DNA of 63,303 nucleotides, filler included, from Bigelowiella natans CCMP2755 (lineage: Eukaryota > Protista > Cercozoa), in NCBI GenBank assembly GCA_000320545.1. It is 3 parts of 3 records of this genome, joined end to end, with 100 filler letters (N's around TTAATTAATTAA, not from the genome) between each part and the next. Parts side by side here need not be neighbours in the genome. Positions count along the whole stretch, not along the records: positions 1 to 28,245 come from ADNK01001983.1; 2 more parts are not named here. One strand, 5' to 3'. The notes below the pieces were generated by a model. The model was not told the origin of the DNA. It worked only from the letters and a program-made list of their open reading frames with translations, and did not search any database. Positions 14,120 through 26,957 of the stretch are shown piece after piece. Position 1 is the stretch's first letter; every line of letters begins with the position of its first letter. The translations under genes and the position numbers were made by a program.

Positions 14120-15770
14120 TCAAAAATGCGCAATCACAGCATTGAACACTCAAATGACTAGATGGTTTGAAGTTGCCAGCCGAGGCAGAGCGCAAAAGCT
14201 AGCGACACGCAACTACACACCCTTTCCACCGCAATAAAACACTAGAACGCAGAGAAATGAATCGAATGAAAAGGCACAATTAAGTGCTGTCTAGCTGTGT
14301 GTGATCAGAAAGGTCGTTAATCAATAGTTTCCCGATGTCCCGTGCGTATGCGTGAGCCTGTGAGCTGTCTATTGGCATTGACGGTCTAGCGGTGGATCGG
14401 AGATCATGCGCACGCTAGCACGGTCAGAGGATGGCAATGATTGTTGTCCTCAACAATCATTGATGCGGCGCGCTGCGCCCTGCGACGATCTGTGATGCTT
14501 TGTTCCTGCACCATCTAGCCGTGCCAGCGTGCTGGCGATGACATGCACGACACTTTGAAGGCTGCGAAACGCGCAGAGCCTCGAGCTGAAACCTCAATGC
14601 AACGTACGAGGACCACAAATTGACATGTTCTAGATGCACAATGGCTGCTGTGATGAGTCCTGACTGGCTTGAGGACAAGACAAAGACAAAGACAATTGAT
14701 GAAAAACAATGTTTCCGCTCAACTGCTTCAACTTTCCTGTGAGCTTCGGCAATGGAGAAAAAAGCTCTCGGCCATGCTGGCATGCACTGCATCCAAGGGG
14801 GATTCACTCCCCCGGGTTTTGGTCCGTGTCATGCTCGGAATCCAATCCAAACTACTTCCGAAGCACCACAGAAGACTTCTGGACGTGTGAGAAGGTCCAG
14901 AATTGTCCAGAAAGGGGTGCAAAAAAGTGGATTTTCAAGGAAAAAAATCGAGGGCAAAAACTTTGGGTGCCGCGGAAAGGGTCCCCTTTGCGCGTTGGCT
15001 CAAAAAAACATGCTCAGAGGCCGTGTCAAGAGCAACTCCGTCACCTCCAGAAGTTCCACTCCAAAATTCGCAAAATTGAACGTTTCCGCGCCAAAAAAGT
15101 GCTTTTTTTTGGTGGTTTTGACTTTGGTGAGTTTTCGATGTGTGGCTCCTAGCGGCCTGCACGGTGCCGATGCGGCAATCAATGAAGCTGGATGTGATGC
15201 GCGACGCGCAGCTCCAGAGCTGCTTGGGATTGGACGCACGAGCAAGACGTGTGGGCGCGATGGCGCACACTGGCACACTTTGTGCGTGCCCAGCGCGCGC
15301 GCACGCAAGCACTCACAGCTTCCCACTCTGATGCACACTTGTCACTTCATCATCAAATTGAAGCTAGACACGTCGCGACGTCGCGCACGACTGGATGATC
15401 GACGCTGCGCACGTGATCAGTCACACACGCTGGTGCACACATCGATGGAAAGGGCGGGAATGATGAACAATGAATGATGAACAAAGCATTGATCAAATCT
15501 GCATGCGCCAGGGAAGTGGGTTGGGCACATCTGAGACATCCCAGTGACACGATGCCAAGAGTTCCGCCAATGTGCATCTTGGGCAATTTCACTGGACACT
15601 TTGTGGATGGTTTTTGAAGAAAACATTGAGGAATTTGAACAAAATTTGCATTTTTTTGGGTGAAATCGAAAAATTTTCCCGGCTGACGCCGGGGCAAAAC
15701 CGCCGAGCATGATACGGACCAAAACCCGGGGGAGTGAATCCCCCTTGACTGCATCGCGATTCAGCACCCA
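14120..15770. other. TpA-depleted, TpG/CpA-rich patch 1
   Basis: About 7 TpA in 14461-15720 by manual count, 4 of them in CTAG; CpG is abundant. Confidence 0.9.
14794..15747. mobile_element. Non-autonomous DNA transposon (MITE-like, 954 bp), P-element- or hAT-type ends
   Basis: 45-bp terminal inverted repeats at 14794-14838 and 15703-15747 (CAAGGGGGATTCACTCCCCCGGGTTTTGGTCCGT[G/A]TCATGCTCGG, 44/45 identical). Perfect 8-bp direct repeat ACTGCATC immediately outside both ends (14786-14793 and 15748-15755). No transposase motif recognised inside. Confidence 0.9.
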
Positions 15771-16330
15771 CAAGCTTACATCAAATAAATTAGTTTGGGC
15801 CAAACCGCATGTCGTAGTGTTAAAATTGGCTGTAGTAGTACATGTGAGCAGTGTGTGTGTGTGTGTGTCAAGTTGTCGCGATGTGTTGTTGGAGGACAAT
15901 TCGGCCTTGTTCTCCTTCATCTTCCACGTCGTAGACTACTTCTTGTACTTAGATCTACGTTCCTCGGAAACTGACAGGAAATCTACGTGAACGTCGTAAC
16001 AGACAGCTCCCTTCTTGCTTGCTTTGCTGTGCAGGCAACAACAACAGACAGACAGACAGGCAGACAGACAGCTGCGCGTGGTACGAAGATCTCCGCTCGT
16101 AGATGACCTAGATAGCAACAACAAAAATAAAACTTGCCCTGTTGGTCCTTTATTAAAACTTTTCTACTACAGAACACCTCCCCACTTCTTCTTTCCAATC
16201 GACTCACACGTGGATTGACCTTTCTCACAGGCTTCAGGGTAAGGTTTGGGGGGTGGTTTTGAGGATGCATGCCATCGTGGACAAGAAGGAATGATATTAG
16301 AACCTTAATTGCAATACATTTCACCAGGGC

Positions 16331-19300
16331 ATGTCGGTATTGAAGGTGAAGCACCTGTGTGTGCGGGCTGGGAAGATAAAGATACTGCAGGTAGTGACCA
16401 CTTCATATTTTTTGCATTGCCTCTCCTGGAAAAAATCAACTTACGAGTTATATTTGTTGGCAAATTAGAACGTATCGATGGATGCCTTTCCTGGTAATGA
16501 GACCAACCTCACATATATCTCATCATCCATTATTGCACCCAACATCATTCTTTGATAATCACCTTAACAGGACAAGTTACTGCCCTAATGGGACCCTCCG
16601 GGGCAGGAAAGACCACACTGATGAGCTTTATTGTTGGGAAAAACATGTCGAATGGGATATGTTGTAGAGGCTTCATGTTCGTGGATGGCAGTCCATGTAA
16701 GCTGTGTGTTTTTAGATCATGTGTTGCGACCACTCGTACGCTTGTTTTTGTTGGATCTACAAGAGCATTTTGGTCACAGTATACTTTTTCAGGCACACGT
16801 GAATGGCTGGCATCACACATCGCTTTTGTTGAACAGTCTGATTCGCTGCTGCCGAGCGCCACCGTACGCGAAACGCTCACGTTTGCCGCACGCTTACGCC
16901 TCCCCGAGTTCGATAACGAGGCTATAAGAGCTAAAGTAGATGGTGTATTGGAGGAACTTAATCTAAGGTGATACCAAAGCCATCATGCATGCACAACCGA
17001 AGACTCATATTTCGTTCTTCAATAGTCACCGTGCTGATGCTTTTATTGGCGGCAACGACTACATACGTGGTCTTTCCGGAGGTGAGCGCCGGAGAGTCTC
17101 AATTGGTGAACAACTTGCGAAAGAACCAAAAATCCTGCTTCTGGATGAGCCAACATCAGGGCTGGATTCAACAAGTATCAGTTCCATTAGAGTTTTTATA
17201 AAGATAAGACGTTCAAGGATAATCACGCGCACACGCCCGTGTGTGCGGGCAGAAGAGAGAGGAGAAGGGGACGGGAGAACGATATATGTTCATTATTGAT
17301 ATTTGTCCCATCGTTGTCACCACCATCACTGCCAACATGTTTCAACATACTAAATCATTCCTTTGGGTATGTCCCTTGCTTTCTATGTGTGTTAGGTTCG
17401 TTGGCGCTCACCAGAACTTTGACTAAAATTGCACGCAATAAAAAGGGATACAGAACGGTTCTGGCCACCATCCATCAACCCAGCAGTCAAATGACAGCGC
17501 TCTTCGACCGAATGTGCCTAATGTCCTCCGGAAAGTACAGATGCACTTCGACAATATAATATAGACAATACCTTTTATGCATGCGTCTATATGCGTGTGT
17601 GTGTGTATGTGTGTGTGTGTGTGTTTAAGTGTTTTTGCAAGCGGGAAAGAGCAAAGGTTCTAGTTTGCTCTAATCACAACGATGTATATAAGAGCATGGG
17701 AATGCTGCGGATAATCATCGGATGCATATGGTTAAATGAAAAGAGTAAGCATAGTTTCCACTTTTATTCTCTCAGAATGGTATTCGATGGGCCTCTCAAG
17801 CAATGTCGTTTATTTTTTGAAGCCAACAAATATCCCTGCCCTACTTCAATGAATCCTGCTGACCACTATCTGGAAGTTATTAGTAATAAACAGGTCGCCG
17901 TTTACCTAACCAAACATTTAACAAAGTGTCCAAAAAGGCGCTGAATGCATTGACGATGAAGATGATAGAAAGCGCACGTTTATTTATTGCTTGTGGTATT
18001 TTCTCAATTATTGATCGATTACCTACGGTGCTACTAAAGCAATACGCTGTAGGATCGAGGCGTAAAATTTAACACACTAATAACATTCATGCGCTCTTAT
18101 TATCTCACACCAAGTCACACCAAAACCAGGTCGCTCAGGTTCTTGGTGATGCATTCAATGTGGTATACGACATGCACCATTTCGCCCAGAAGAAGAACCT
18201 TTTCGTCGGTTCAACGGGTGGATCGGTGATTAAAGGCGGACATCGACGAATATCAGTAATTTCCATGTCCAAAGACGAGCTCAGTGAAGCTGAGCCTACA
18301 GCATCATGGTTCTTGCAGGTCAAAGCATTTTTTATTGGAACGTTCCTTTCCTTCCACTTCTTTCAAACATCTTTCACGCTTTCTCGATGGTTGTACACGA
18401 TCATTTTCATCACCCACCATCTACCACAAAGGCCTTTTTCGACGATACTGTATCTTAGGATGTCTCCTTTTATCGATCAGGCACGTTGTTTGCTAGTCCG
18501 CAATACGCGGCAGTTGTTGCGTAACCCGGTGTTATTCAAAGCCGAACTACTACAAGTAGCTCTTTCAGGGGTATTTCTTGGTGTGATCTATTACCAACTC
18601 CGAAGGGACGACGGCGTAGTCAACCACTATGCCTCTATCGGAACAATTTTAATGCTGCTGACGTTCATTCCATCCTTCATCTCGATTAGCAACTTTGACG
18701 ATCACCGAAAGCTTGTTAAAAGAGAAGTAGTCTTTCTAACCTTAAGTGCAATGTAGCAGCCGTCTTGATATCTTTCGTATGTAATATGGGAATGCGCCTT
18801 TCCCCCTCAACCCAAATACAGTGGAATAGGCGTTGGGAGAATTAGTATTCATTATAACCACTAAATGAATAATTTTGAATAGGTACCCACCAATCTCTAC
18901 ACGTATTCGTCATTTTACTGCGCACATGTAGTGACGACTTGGACTGGGGAGCTCATCATGTCGATTATCATCTCAATTACAACATATTTCATGATGGGGC
19001 TGCGAAAGGATGATCCAAAACACTTTTTTATCTTCTTCCTGATCATCACGCTCTACACCTTCACCAGCGAGACAATTGGATTGCTTTGCGCATTCGGATG
19101 TCGAAACGCAGATGTAAGCGATAATAGTATCGATTATTATGTTATGCTTTCTTCATCTTCATGTTTCCGACGCGCTTTCAGATGTAGTTCTTATACGGAC
19201 AGATGACTGATGTGGATATATATTGTCATAAATGCAGGTTGCGATCATTGTTCACACTCCCATCGCATGTGTTATGTTTATGTTGGGGAATTTTCTTTCG

Positions 19301-19428
19301 GATAAAAGAAACAGTGTATTGTCATGGACCGAAAATATAAACTCCTTCTACTACGCCATCGTTCCATTGTTGGAGAATGAGATGTGTGGTACCACATTCA
19401 CTATTCGGACGGTTAGTCTCTAGCACAG

Positions 19429-19467
<39 letters not shown>

Positions 19468-19980
19468 ATATAGCTTCAATACGTTCACGGCAAATATAGT
19501 ATAAATCAATATTAGTCCATGCTATAGAGAGTTGACGGAAACAAACACACACACACAAGCACACATTAATTATGTACAAATATATGCATATTATTCAACT
19601 TATACTTGGTATATATCTAGTAAGCTGGTACCTCATATTCTATTACACCATCATTTAGGCCTAGACGATAACTAACTGTTGTTCTATCATATCCATACTA
19701 CATATTCTTCAGGTTGACATTGATGGTTGTGATTTGATTCGCGACAATCTCAAAAACGGCAAATCTATTTCAGAGAATATAATCATTTTACTCGGAATCT
19801 TGGTGGCACTCCGTGTAGTAGGATTCTTCTTCTTCGTATACATGTTCAACCAGAATGTCGAGGACGAAACTATGCACGAAGAGTAATTATATAGGATGAA
19901 CCCACACCAACACCAACACCGATACCACTAGTATTACCTTCTTCTAAGCTTCTATGCACACAAGAGCGCGCGCGCGCGCG

Positions 19981-20022
<42 letters not shown>

Positions 20023-20194
20023 ATTATAGCTTCTACTTTTGATATGGTTTAATGTTATATAGATACTCCTTAGAAGATTGGGTTGACGAGGTAAACAGGA
20101 GTCAAAGGCGTACGTCGCGTCTTCAAGAAGCAGCTCGGAGAAAGACATTGTAAGATTACAAACAATACATAATCAATCAACGAATACTTTCATA

Positions 20195-20267
<73 letters not shown>

Positions 20268-21286
20268 AATGAAACTACTATGTCTTGAAGTAAAATAATC
20301 TTAAGGTAAATATATATAAAAAAATAAAACATTTTAGTCTCGTTAGGCATATAATATGAATGCCGTTGTGCTTTTTGCATCATATGTCAAGGTCTTTCCA
20401 GCAGAATCAATGTATTATAACTCAACTTGTACCCTCCTTTCTCTTTAGAAATCATAGCAAAAAGATGGAGCAAATTAAGGAAGAGAAAGAGGAAAAGGAG
20501 AGTATTTTTGCGATTCGCACCACTATGATGGCTGTAGAAAGAGATGAATTTAAAGAGGAAAGACTGAGTGCCCCTCATGATAAGAAGGACGATTTAAAGA
20601 TAATGGAGAACAAGCTACAGGAGCGAGATTTAAAAGAACGAGAGGAGAAGGTTCATCCTCTCGGAGACACGTCTCTAAATACAGGAGATGGTAGTGGAGT
20701 ATCATCATCACAACCGCATCTTCCTCCTACATCCTCGTTGATGCAAGCAGTACAAAGAGCATCAGCCAAAACATCCATGCCAAACATGAATGAAGAAAAA
20801 GTTGAAGACGAATTTATTGGCAGTGACAACCAGAAAATCCCGTCAGCAGGTCCTCTCACTCCTCGACTAGGCAGTATATCTCCGAAGGGATCAAGAAGAA
20901 AGGGTCTCCATGAGGCTGCACCATCCTTGAGGAGGCTAGATCAGCAGAGACAGGATCATCACGAAATTGAAATAAAAGATAATGGGGTTGGAGGAGGTGT
21001 GGAACTTCAGGATATTGTCGATGAGAGTAAGAAGAATGAGGATCATACTACAGCTCTGCCTGTTCCCAGGAACAATCTCCCGCGCGCGAGTGTATACACA
21101 AAAACTTCTAGTAGGGGTGGAAATGGTGGAGCACGGCAGACAAGAGAAAGGAAGAATATACGTCATTCAATATTCAATGGTTTCAATGGGCCTCCGAGTT
21201 TGTTCCGAAAGAAGAGTCACAAGAGACAGCAAACTGTCACGATACTTGAAGATGGCACTTTAGCAATTTCGAACGCACAAGATTGA
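16331..21286 (+). CDS. ABCG (White-type) half transporter, NBD-TMD, with a long C-terminal tail
   Basis: Walker [10 protein letters not shown], signature [12 protein letters not shown], Walker [20 protein letters not shown] and NPADHYL, followed by ABC2-type membrane exons (18481-19880). Phase-consistent exons continue into ORF 20360-21286. The start may lie further upstream. Confidence 0.93.
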
Positions 21287-21289
21287 TGA

Positions 21290-22270
21290 TTGTCAAACGC
21301 GTCAGTTCCGATGTGACAGTTAGCATGATTGGAAAGGTCTACCGCACTTGCGCACATGTGACACGGGCGACATTAAAATTGGGTTGTGAATTTGAATGAA
21401 TCATGGGCGCCCATGTGCCGGAAATGCACCATATCAGACTCAAACCAAAAGACCCACATGCACGCAAAAGTAGTGCAGATGAACGTCGAAGTGCAGGTGT
21501 GGTCTGGGAAGGTGCACACAAAAGAGCCATTGAGGCTATTCGACTCGAAGTCACACATGCACGTGTGCATTGATTCTGCGGCAGCGCAGACAATCCAAGC
21601 AAGCTGTGCACAATGTTGACTAGTTGAGCTTCCACATGCTAGCATGGCAGCCAACTAGCCATGCTAGCATGCTAGCATGCAAGAAGATGGGACACACAGG
21701 TCCATTGTTTGTACGTGCACGTGATGTGCACTTGTGATATGTCCATCATTGTGCCAATCTAGCGATGTCTTGTTCACACGCTGGCACGTGTCTTTCCTCG
21801 TGCACGCAAGAGGCGCATCGCAGGTCCATGTTCCAGCATTGTGAAGTTGACATCCATTTCTCGATCGCATCTGCATGCGATGCTGCCATGCACATGGTGC
21901 TGCCAGCACCACAGTGCCCTGAGAGTGGGTGGACGCGCCTCTGTCGGACTTGAGTCCATCGTTCTTGAGTCACCAGCGGACAGCATCACCTTTTGGCCTT
22001 GCTCGCTTGTGGAGGGATCAATTTTCGCATGCCCTCCGGGAATTCATTCCGGGTCTGGTCGTGTGCCGGGTTCCCCGCACAGGGCCAGTAGGCGACGTGG
22101 AGGAGGAGGTGGGGAGTGGAGTGGTGTCCGTGGATGAGGCCTCGTCAATGAACCAGACTTTCCAGCAGAACCCGATCATGGGGAGCCCACCCATGTCCTG
22201 TGTCGGCCGCCGCAAAATTGTTCCGTCACCAACGGGATGGTGGCGGTTAATGACGGTCTTTTTGCGTTGT
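21290..22270. other. TpA-depleted, TpG/CpA-rich patch 2
   Basis: About one TpA in 21781-22240. Survivors in 21600-21780 are mostly CTAG (e.g. ATGCTAGCATGCTAGCATGC). Confidence 0.85.
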
Positions 22271-22493
22271 AGATCTTCGTTGTTGAAGTGTTGTCGGAGT
22301 GTTGTCCGAGGTTTGTGTACCAATTTCTTTGTCGTATGAGGAAGGACAAATCCATTATCTCTTTCAAACGTGTCGCGATTTGATGTCAAAATTTTAGATG
22401 TTTCTTGCTTTAAAAAAGTACACGTTTTAACAGCGGACCGACCTATGCACTGCTGTGCTCGTAAATAAACTAACGAATGTGCAAGTACGAGTA

Positions 22494-22543
22494 ACGTCAA
22501 TAGAAAATAAGATGAATGACGTCAATAGAAAATAAGATGAATG
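22494..22543. repeat. Perfect 2 x 25-bp tandem duplication
   Basis: ACGTCAATAGAAAATAAGATGAATG occurs twice in tandem. Confidence 0.9.
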
Positions 22544-23068
22544 ATTGCAAGAAAGTGTTGTGTTTTTTTGGTGCGACAACTATTGTGACCAATATTTTCC
22601 TAGTTTTGGCATAAAACGTAAGGCATTGTCTCCATTGGAATCTAGCCGTCATCGGCTTCGACTTCCTCGTAAACCTCCCCCTCCCCACTCACGGTGAATG
22701 AGTATTTCAACATATGATTTTCTCACAGATTGTAATTTTTTTTGTATAAAAAAGTGATGGAGATGAGAGAAGATTTCCAATTTCGATGGGCAAATCTTCC
22801 TCAGTGATCAAAACACAACCAACTTCATCAGTCACTGATGTAATTTTCTAGGAATAAACGAGGCCACGATGCGACGGTGACTGCTGTATGTCATGATGCG
22901 GACGAACTGGAAAATATTTTAGGCAGGTTATCATTTTTTGTCAGCCAATGGCGTTGGGAATGAATGTATTTGCACGTATCCTCAACTCAGAATTTAACCC
23001 TATCATCATCATCACCACCACCACCACCACCACCATTTTCAATCTGCAGCCTACCGAAAAGGATCTGA

Positions 23069-23793
23069 ATGGCAGAGCAAGCTAACTCCCCTTCGCGAAT
23101 GCGACATAAGTCGCGAGAGGGTTTCATAAGTCAAATGAGGAGCGAAAACAAGCCAAAACCCAGCGCGTTCAAAGTGTCGCACAAACGGGTGACAACGAGA
23201 ACGATTGTCGCCAATTCACCATTCGCCGTTTATGACTATCTCGGGCTTGCTGAAAATCCGAAGATTAAGAAGATGCTTGAAAAGCAAGGGAACGGTATGG
23301 ACAGAGCACATGCAGTAGATACAAATAATATTTGGTGTATTAGTGTAGTAGTGTAGTAGTGTAGTAGTAGAAGGTAGTAATAATAGTGGTGTAGTAAGAA
23401 CTGCATGCGTGAATATCATGTTTGCTTGGTTAGTGTTTTTCTTTTCCTCTTCCTTCTCCTCCTAATCTCTCTCTCGCTCGCTGCTCTGTTTCTCCCCCTC
23501 CCTCCTTCCCTCCTTTCCATGCGATTTATATGAATCGGATTATCTAAAACGTTGTTCACCGTACAATGCATATTATGTGGTCATCACCAGGATCAGAGGA
23601 GAGCGTTCATTTTTCTGACCATGTAATCAAGGTATGTTGATGTGACCTACACAAATTGTGTCGCCCAGAATTTGCAGAGCAGCAACTGAATGTTTTGCCA
23701 CATTATACTCAATATCACTAGATAAATCGGCGTCAAAAAGAGCAGAAACGCGTTCTAATGATTACAAGCCATGCGGTCTATAACATCGATCCG

Positions 23794-23828
<35 letters not shown>

Positions 23829-23871
23829 TACATATATTCATTGGACCAAAAAATAAGAATCCGGGTTAAAT

Positions 23872-23925
<54 letters not shown>

Positions 23926-24167
23926 TGCATGCATGCAAAGCTCCATATTATCTCCTTATAGTGATTGAAACTTTTGTAACTTCAGAAAAAGTTTAAATGT
24001 AAACGGAAAATAGATATCCAAAATCTCGGACTGGTAGGCAGCCAACCAACCATCACTTTGAATTAATAAGGGGGGAGCGCTAGATAGAAATCACTGGCGG
24101 CTCACTATCTACGTGACGACAACAACACTCATTTCATCGCGAGCGATCTTACTGTAAATTGAAACAC

Positions 24168-24207
<40 letters not shown>

Positions 24208-24349
24208 TATCAGGTGATCAGTAGTTTGACATCTGATGAGTTCATCCTGAGAGTGCCTGCAGAGTACGACTATCATCTCAAGACACCAGCGGTAACAACA
24301 ACACACCACTGAAATCAAGGAGGAGGACGAGGAGGGGAGAGAACTGTCA

Positions 24350-24403
<54 letters not shown>

Positions 24404-25713
24404 CAGCATGCTTGACTTTTACGTTTCTTAATGGTAATGGGTGAGTGAAGTATCCAAATCTTTGCGATGATATTACCTATAACTGCTGGTTTGATGATTA
24501 TGATGATGATATTATCGTATAACTTCCGGTTTTACGCTGGGCTGCTACTGCTTTAGGCAAAGCGAGACCGAGCGATGGAAGTCCTCATAGCGCTCTACAA
24601 GCACCAAGCAAACGTAACAAAACCATAGTAGCAATAATGAAAATCATCATAAGGAGATGTTGCATCATCCAAACTGACTGTTTCCCTTTTTCTTTTTCAT
24701 TATCTTGGCATGCCCCCCCCCTCCCTGGTGTAGGTGAACAAATGGCCTCGAAAGGTATTTTTGCTCAGTACAGCTAATTCGTTGCAAGACGTTGCATTCT
24801 TATCGTTATCAAAAGTAGAAGTGGATAATAGCATCAATATTACAACAGATCTAATTGATTGTCTTCCTATTCAACCTTTCGTTTTTCTTCACCTTCTCCA
24901 TCCCCCTTAAACCGCAAACAAAAGACGTTGAAACAAAAATGGCAGCACGGAAAGTTGGTCGAAATGGTGGTCACAAGGATGAAGGTAACTACTACTCATG
25001 GAAATAATAATAACAATGATGAGAATTGTTAGAAAAGTAGAGGGGAGAAACAAGCACTTGCCCAACACAAAGAATCTATCAAAAGACTCATACAACTACA
25101 TTGACATTTTGAATAGCGTTTCATCCCATCTTTGTGCCCCCCCCCCTCTTCCCTCACCGTTCTTATCACTAATTCTTGTTTCAGACACAAACCTTACAAG
25201 CGTTCAATGCCGTGCAAAATGGAGATGATGCTAAGCTAGTTAGATACATTGAAAAGGTATTAACACACCAAACGTCGTGTGTTGTGCTTCTTGTCCACAA
25301 CGACAACAAATGTGGCGCGCAACTTGTTTCGATTTCCACATTTTATTTGTTGATGCTTGTGATGTGCTTGGTTTTGTGTAGTCTTTATATGACAATTATT
25401 GCATCCACATGCAGGGTGCAGATATCAATGAAACCCAGAATGGAAGGGTCAAGCTAATCATTAATGATAATTTTGAAACAATGATGGCGATGATGATGAC
25501 GATGATGATGTTGGTAGCAATAGAAGCAGCAGCAGTAAACTAGAAGAGTGCTCAATGCATTTGTAGATAATAGTTATGGGTTTGTGGTGTTTGGCAGCAG
25601 CTAAAAAATATTTGATGACGTGTTGGTATTACTACTACACAGACTTGTCTTCATGAGGCTGCGGTTAGGAATCATTTAAAGGTAATTCATAGATTAAAAA
25701 AGAAAGCATTCAT

Positions 25714-25751
<38 letters not shown>

Positions 25752-25887
25752 AGTTTGTCGATTTTGATCCACGGTAGAAATTTGCATGAGTCATCTTCTC
25801 TATCATCATCAGTGTGGAAAGCTCCTGATTGCAAAGCGTGCACATATAGATGCAAAAGATAATGATGGAAAGGTGGTTCACTCCATA

Positions 25888-25954
<67 letters not shown>

Positions 25955-26919
25955 TACACTTTGATCGATTATATTTCCTTATTGTGAGAGCTTCCTCCTC
26001 ATCCTTCTCCTTCTTCTTCATCTCCTTCCTTGTGCATAATAATAGACCTGCTTACACCTTGTGAGTGAGAATGGCCACAACGAATTTGCAAAGTTGCTCA
26101 TAAAAGCCAAAGCAGAGGGTACGGCAGTGATGATCATGATGACATTGGGGATAACACGTTTTATTTTGATCGTGAAGGTGTGTGTGTTGTTTGCGGAGGG
26201 GTGTGTGTGATGATGATTTCACAAGCAACGCTAAATATTGTTTATGTACTTCTGTCATCATGCGTGGCAATGGTATGGAAGCTGGTGGTGGTGGTCCTCC
26301 TGGGTTGTTGTTATTATTGCAAACTACACGCCACCTCCTTCTACTGCTCTTTATGCTTGACTTCTTCCACGTTGGTATCATCATCAGAATTCATCAATTA
26401 AATCATTATTGGCTATTTCCCTACTTCTCCTCCTCCTCTTGCCATATGTTGTTGTTGCTGCTGCTGCTGCTGCTGTTGTTATTGTTGTTGTTCATGTTGT
26501 GGTAAACAGTCGATCAGATCGATTATGTGGGTCGGACACCGCTATTCGAAGCATCGGTCATCACCGCCATCATTATCATCATCTACTGTTATTCTAACCA
26601 TCATCACTATATCCTTATCGTGATACACATCCTGTAGCAATTATGATTATACGGCTACTTACAGTCTCCTCCTCCCTCCCCCCCCCCCCCCCCCCCTTCT
26701 TTATATCAAATTGACGATGATGATATGATAATCACAGATAGCAAATAGACGTGAGGTGATAGGAACACTTCTTTGCAACATGGCCAACGTGAACGCCGTG
26801 GACACAGAAGGTGTGGTGTGATTATGCAATGTCACATTGAGGATTGCGTTGTCTCCTCGTCGCCAACAGCATCATTCTAGTTTAAGTAAGCTCTATGGAA
26901 ACACAGGAAATGCTATTAC

Positions 26920-26957
<38 letters not shown>

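Noticed and set aside
14752-15477. 241-aa ORF inside the TIR element as a transposase
   Set aside because: No THAP, BED or DDE motifs recognised; its length is explained by loss of TAA/TAG codons.
14461-15720. Methyl-CpG decay or fungal-type RIP as the cause of the TG/CA excess
   Set aside because: CpG remains abundant and TpA is lost rather than gained, contrary to what those processes predict.
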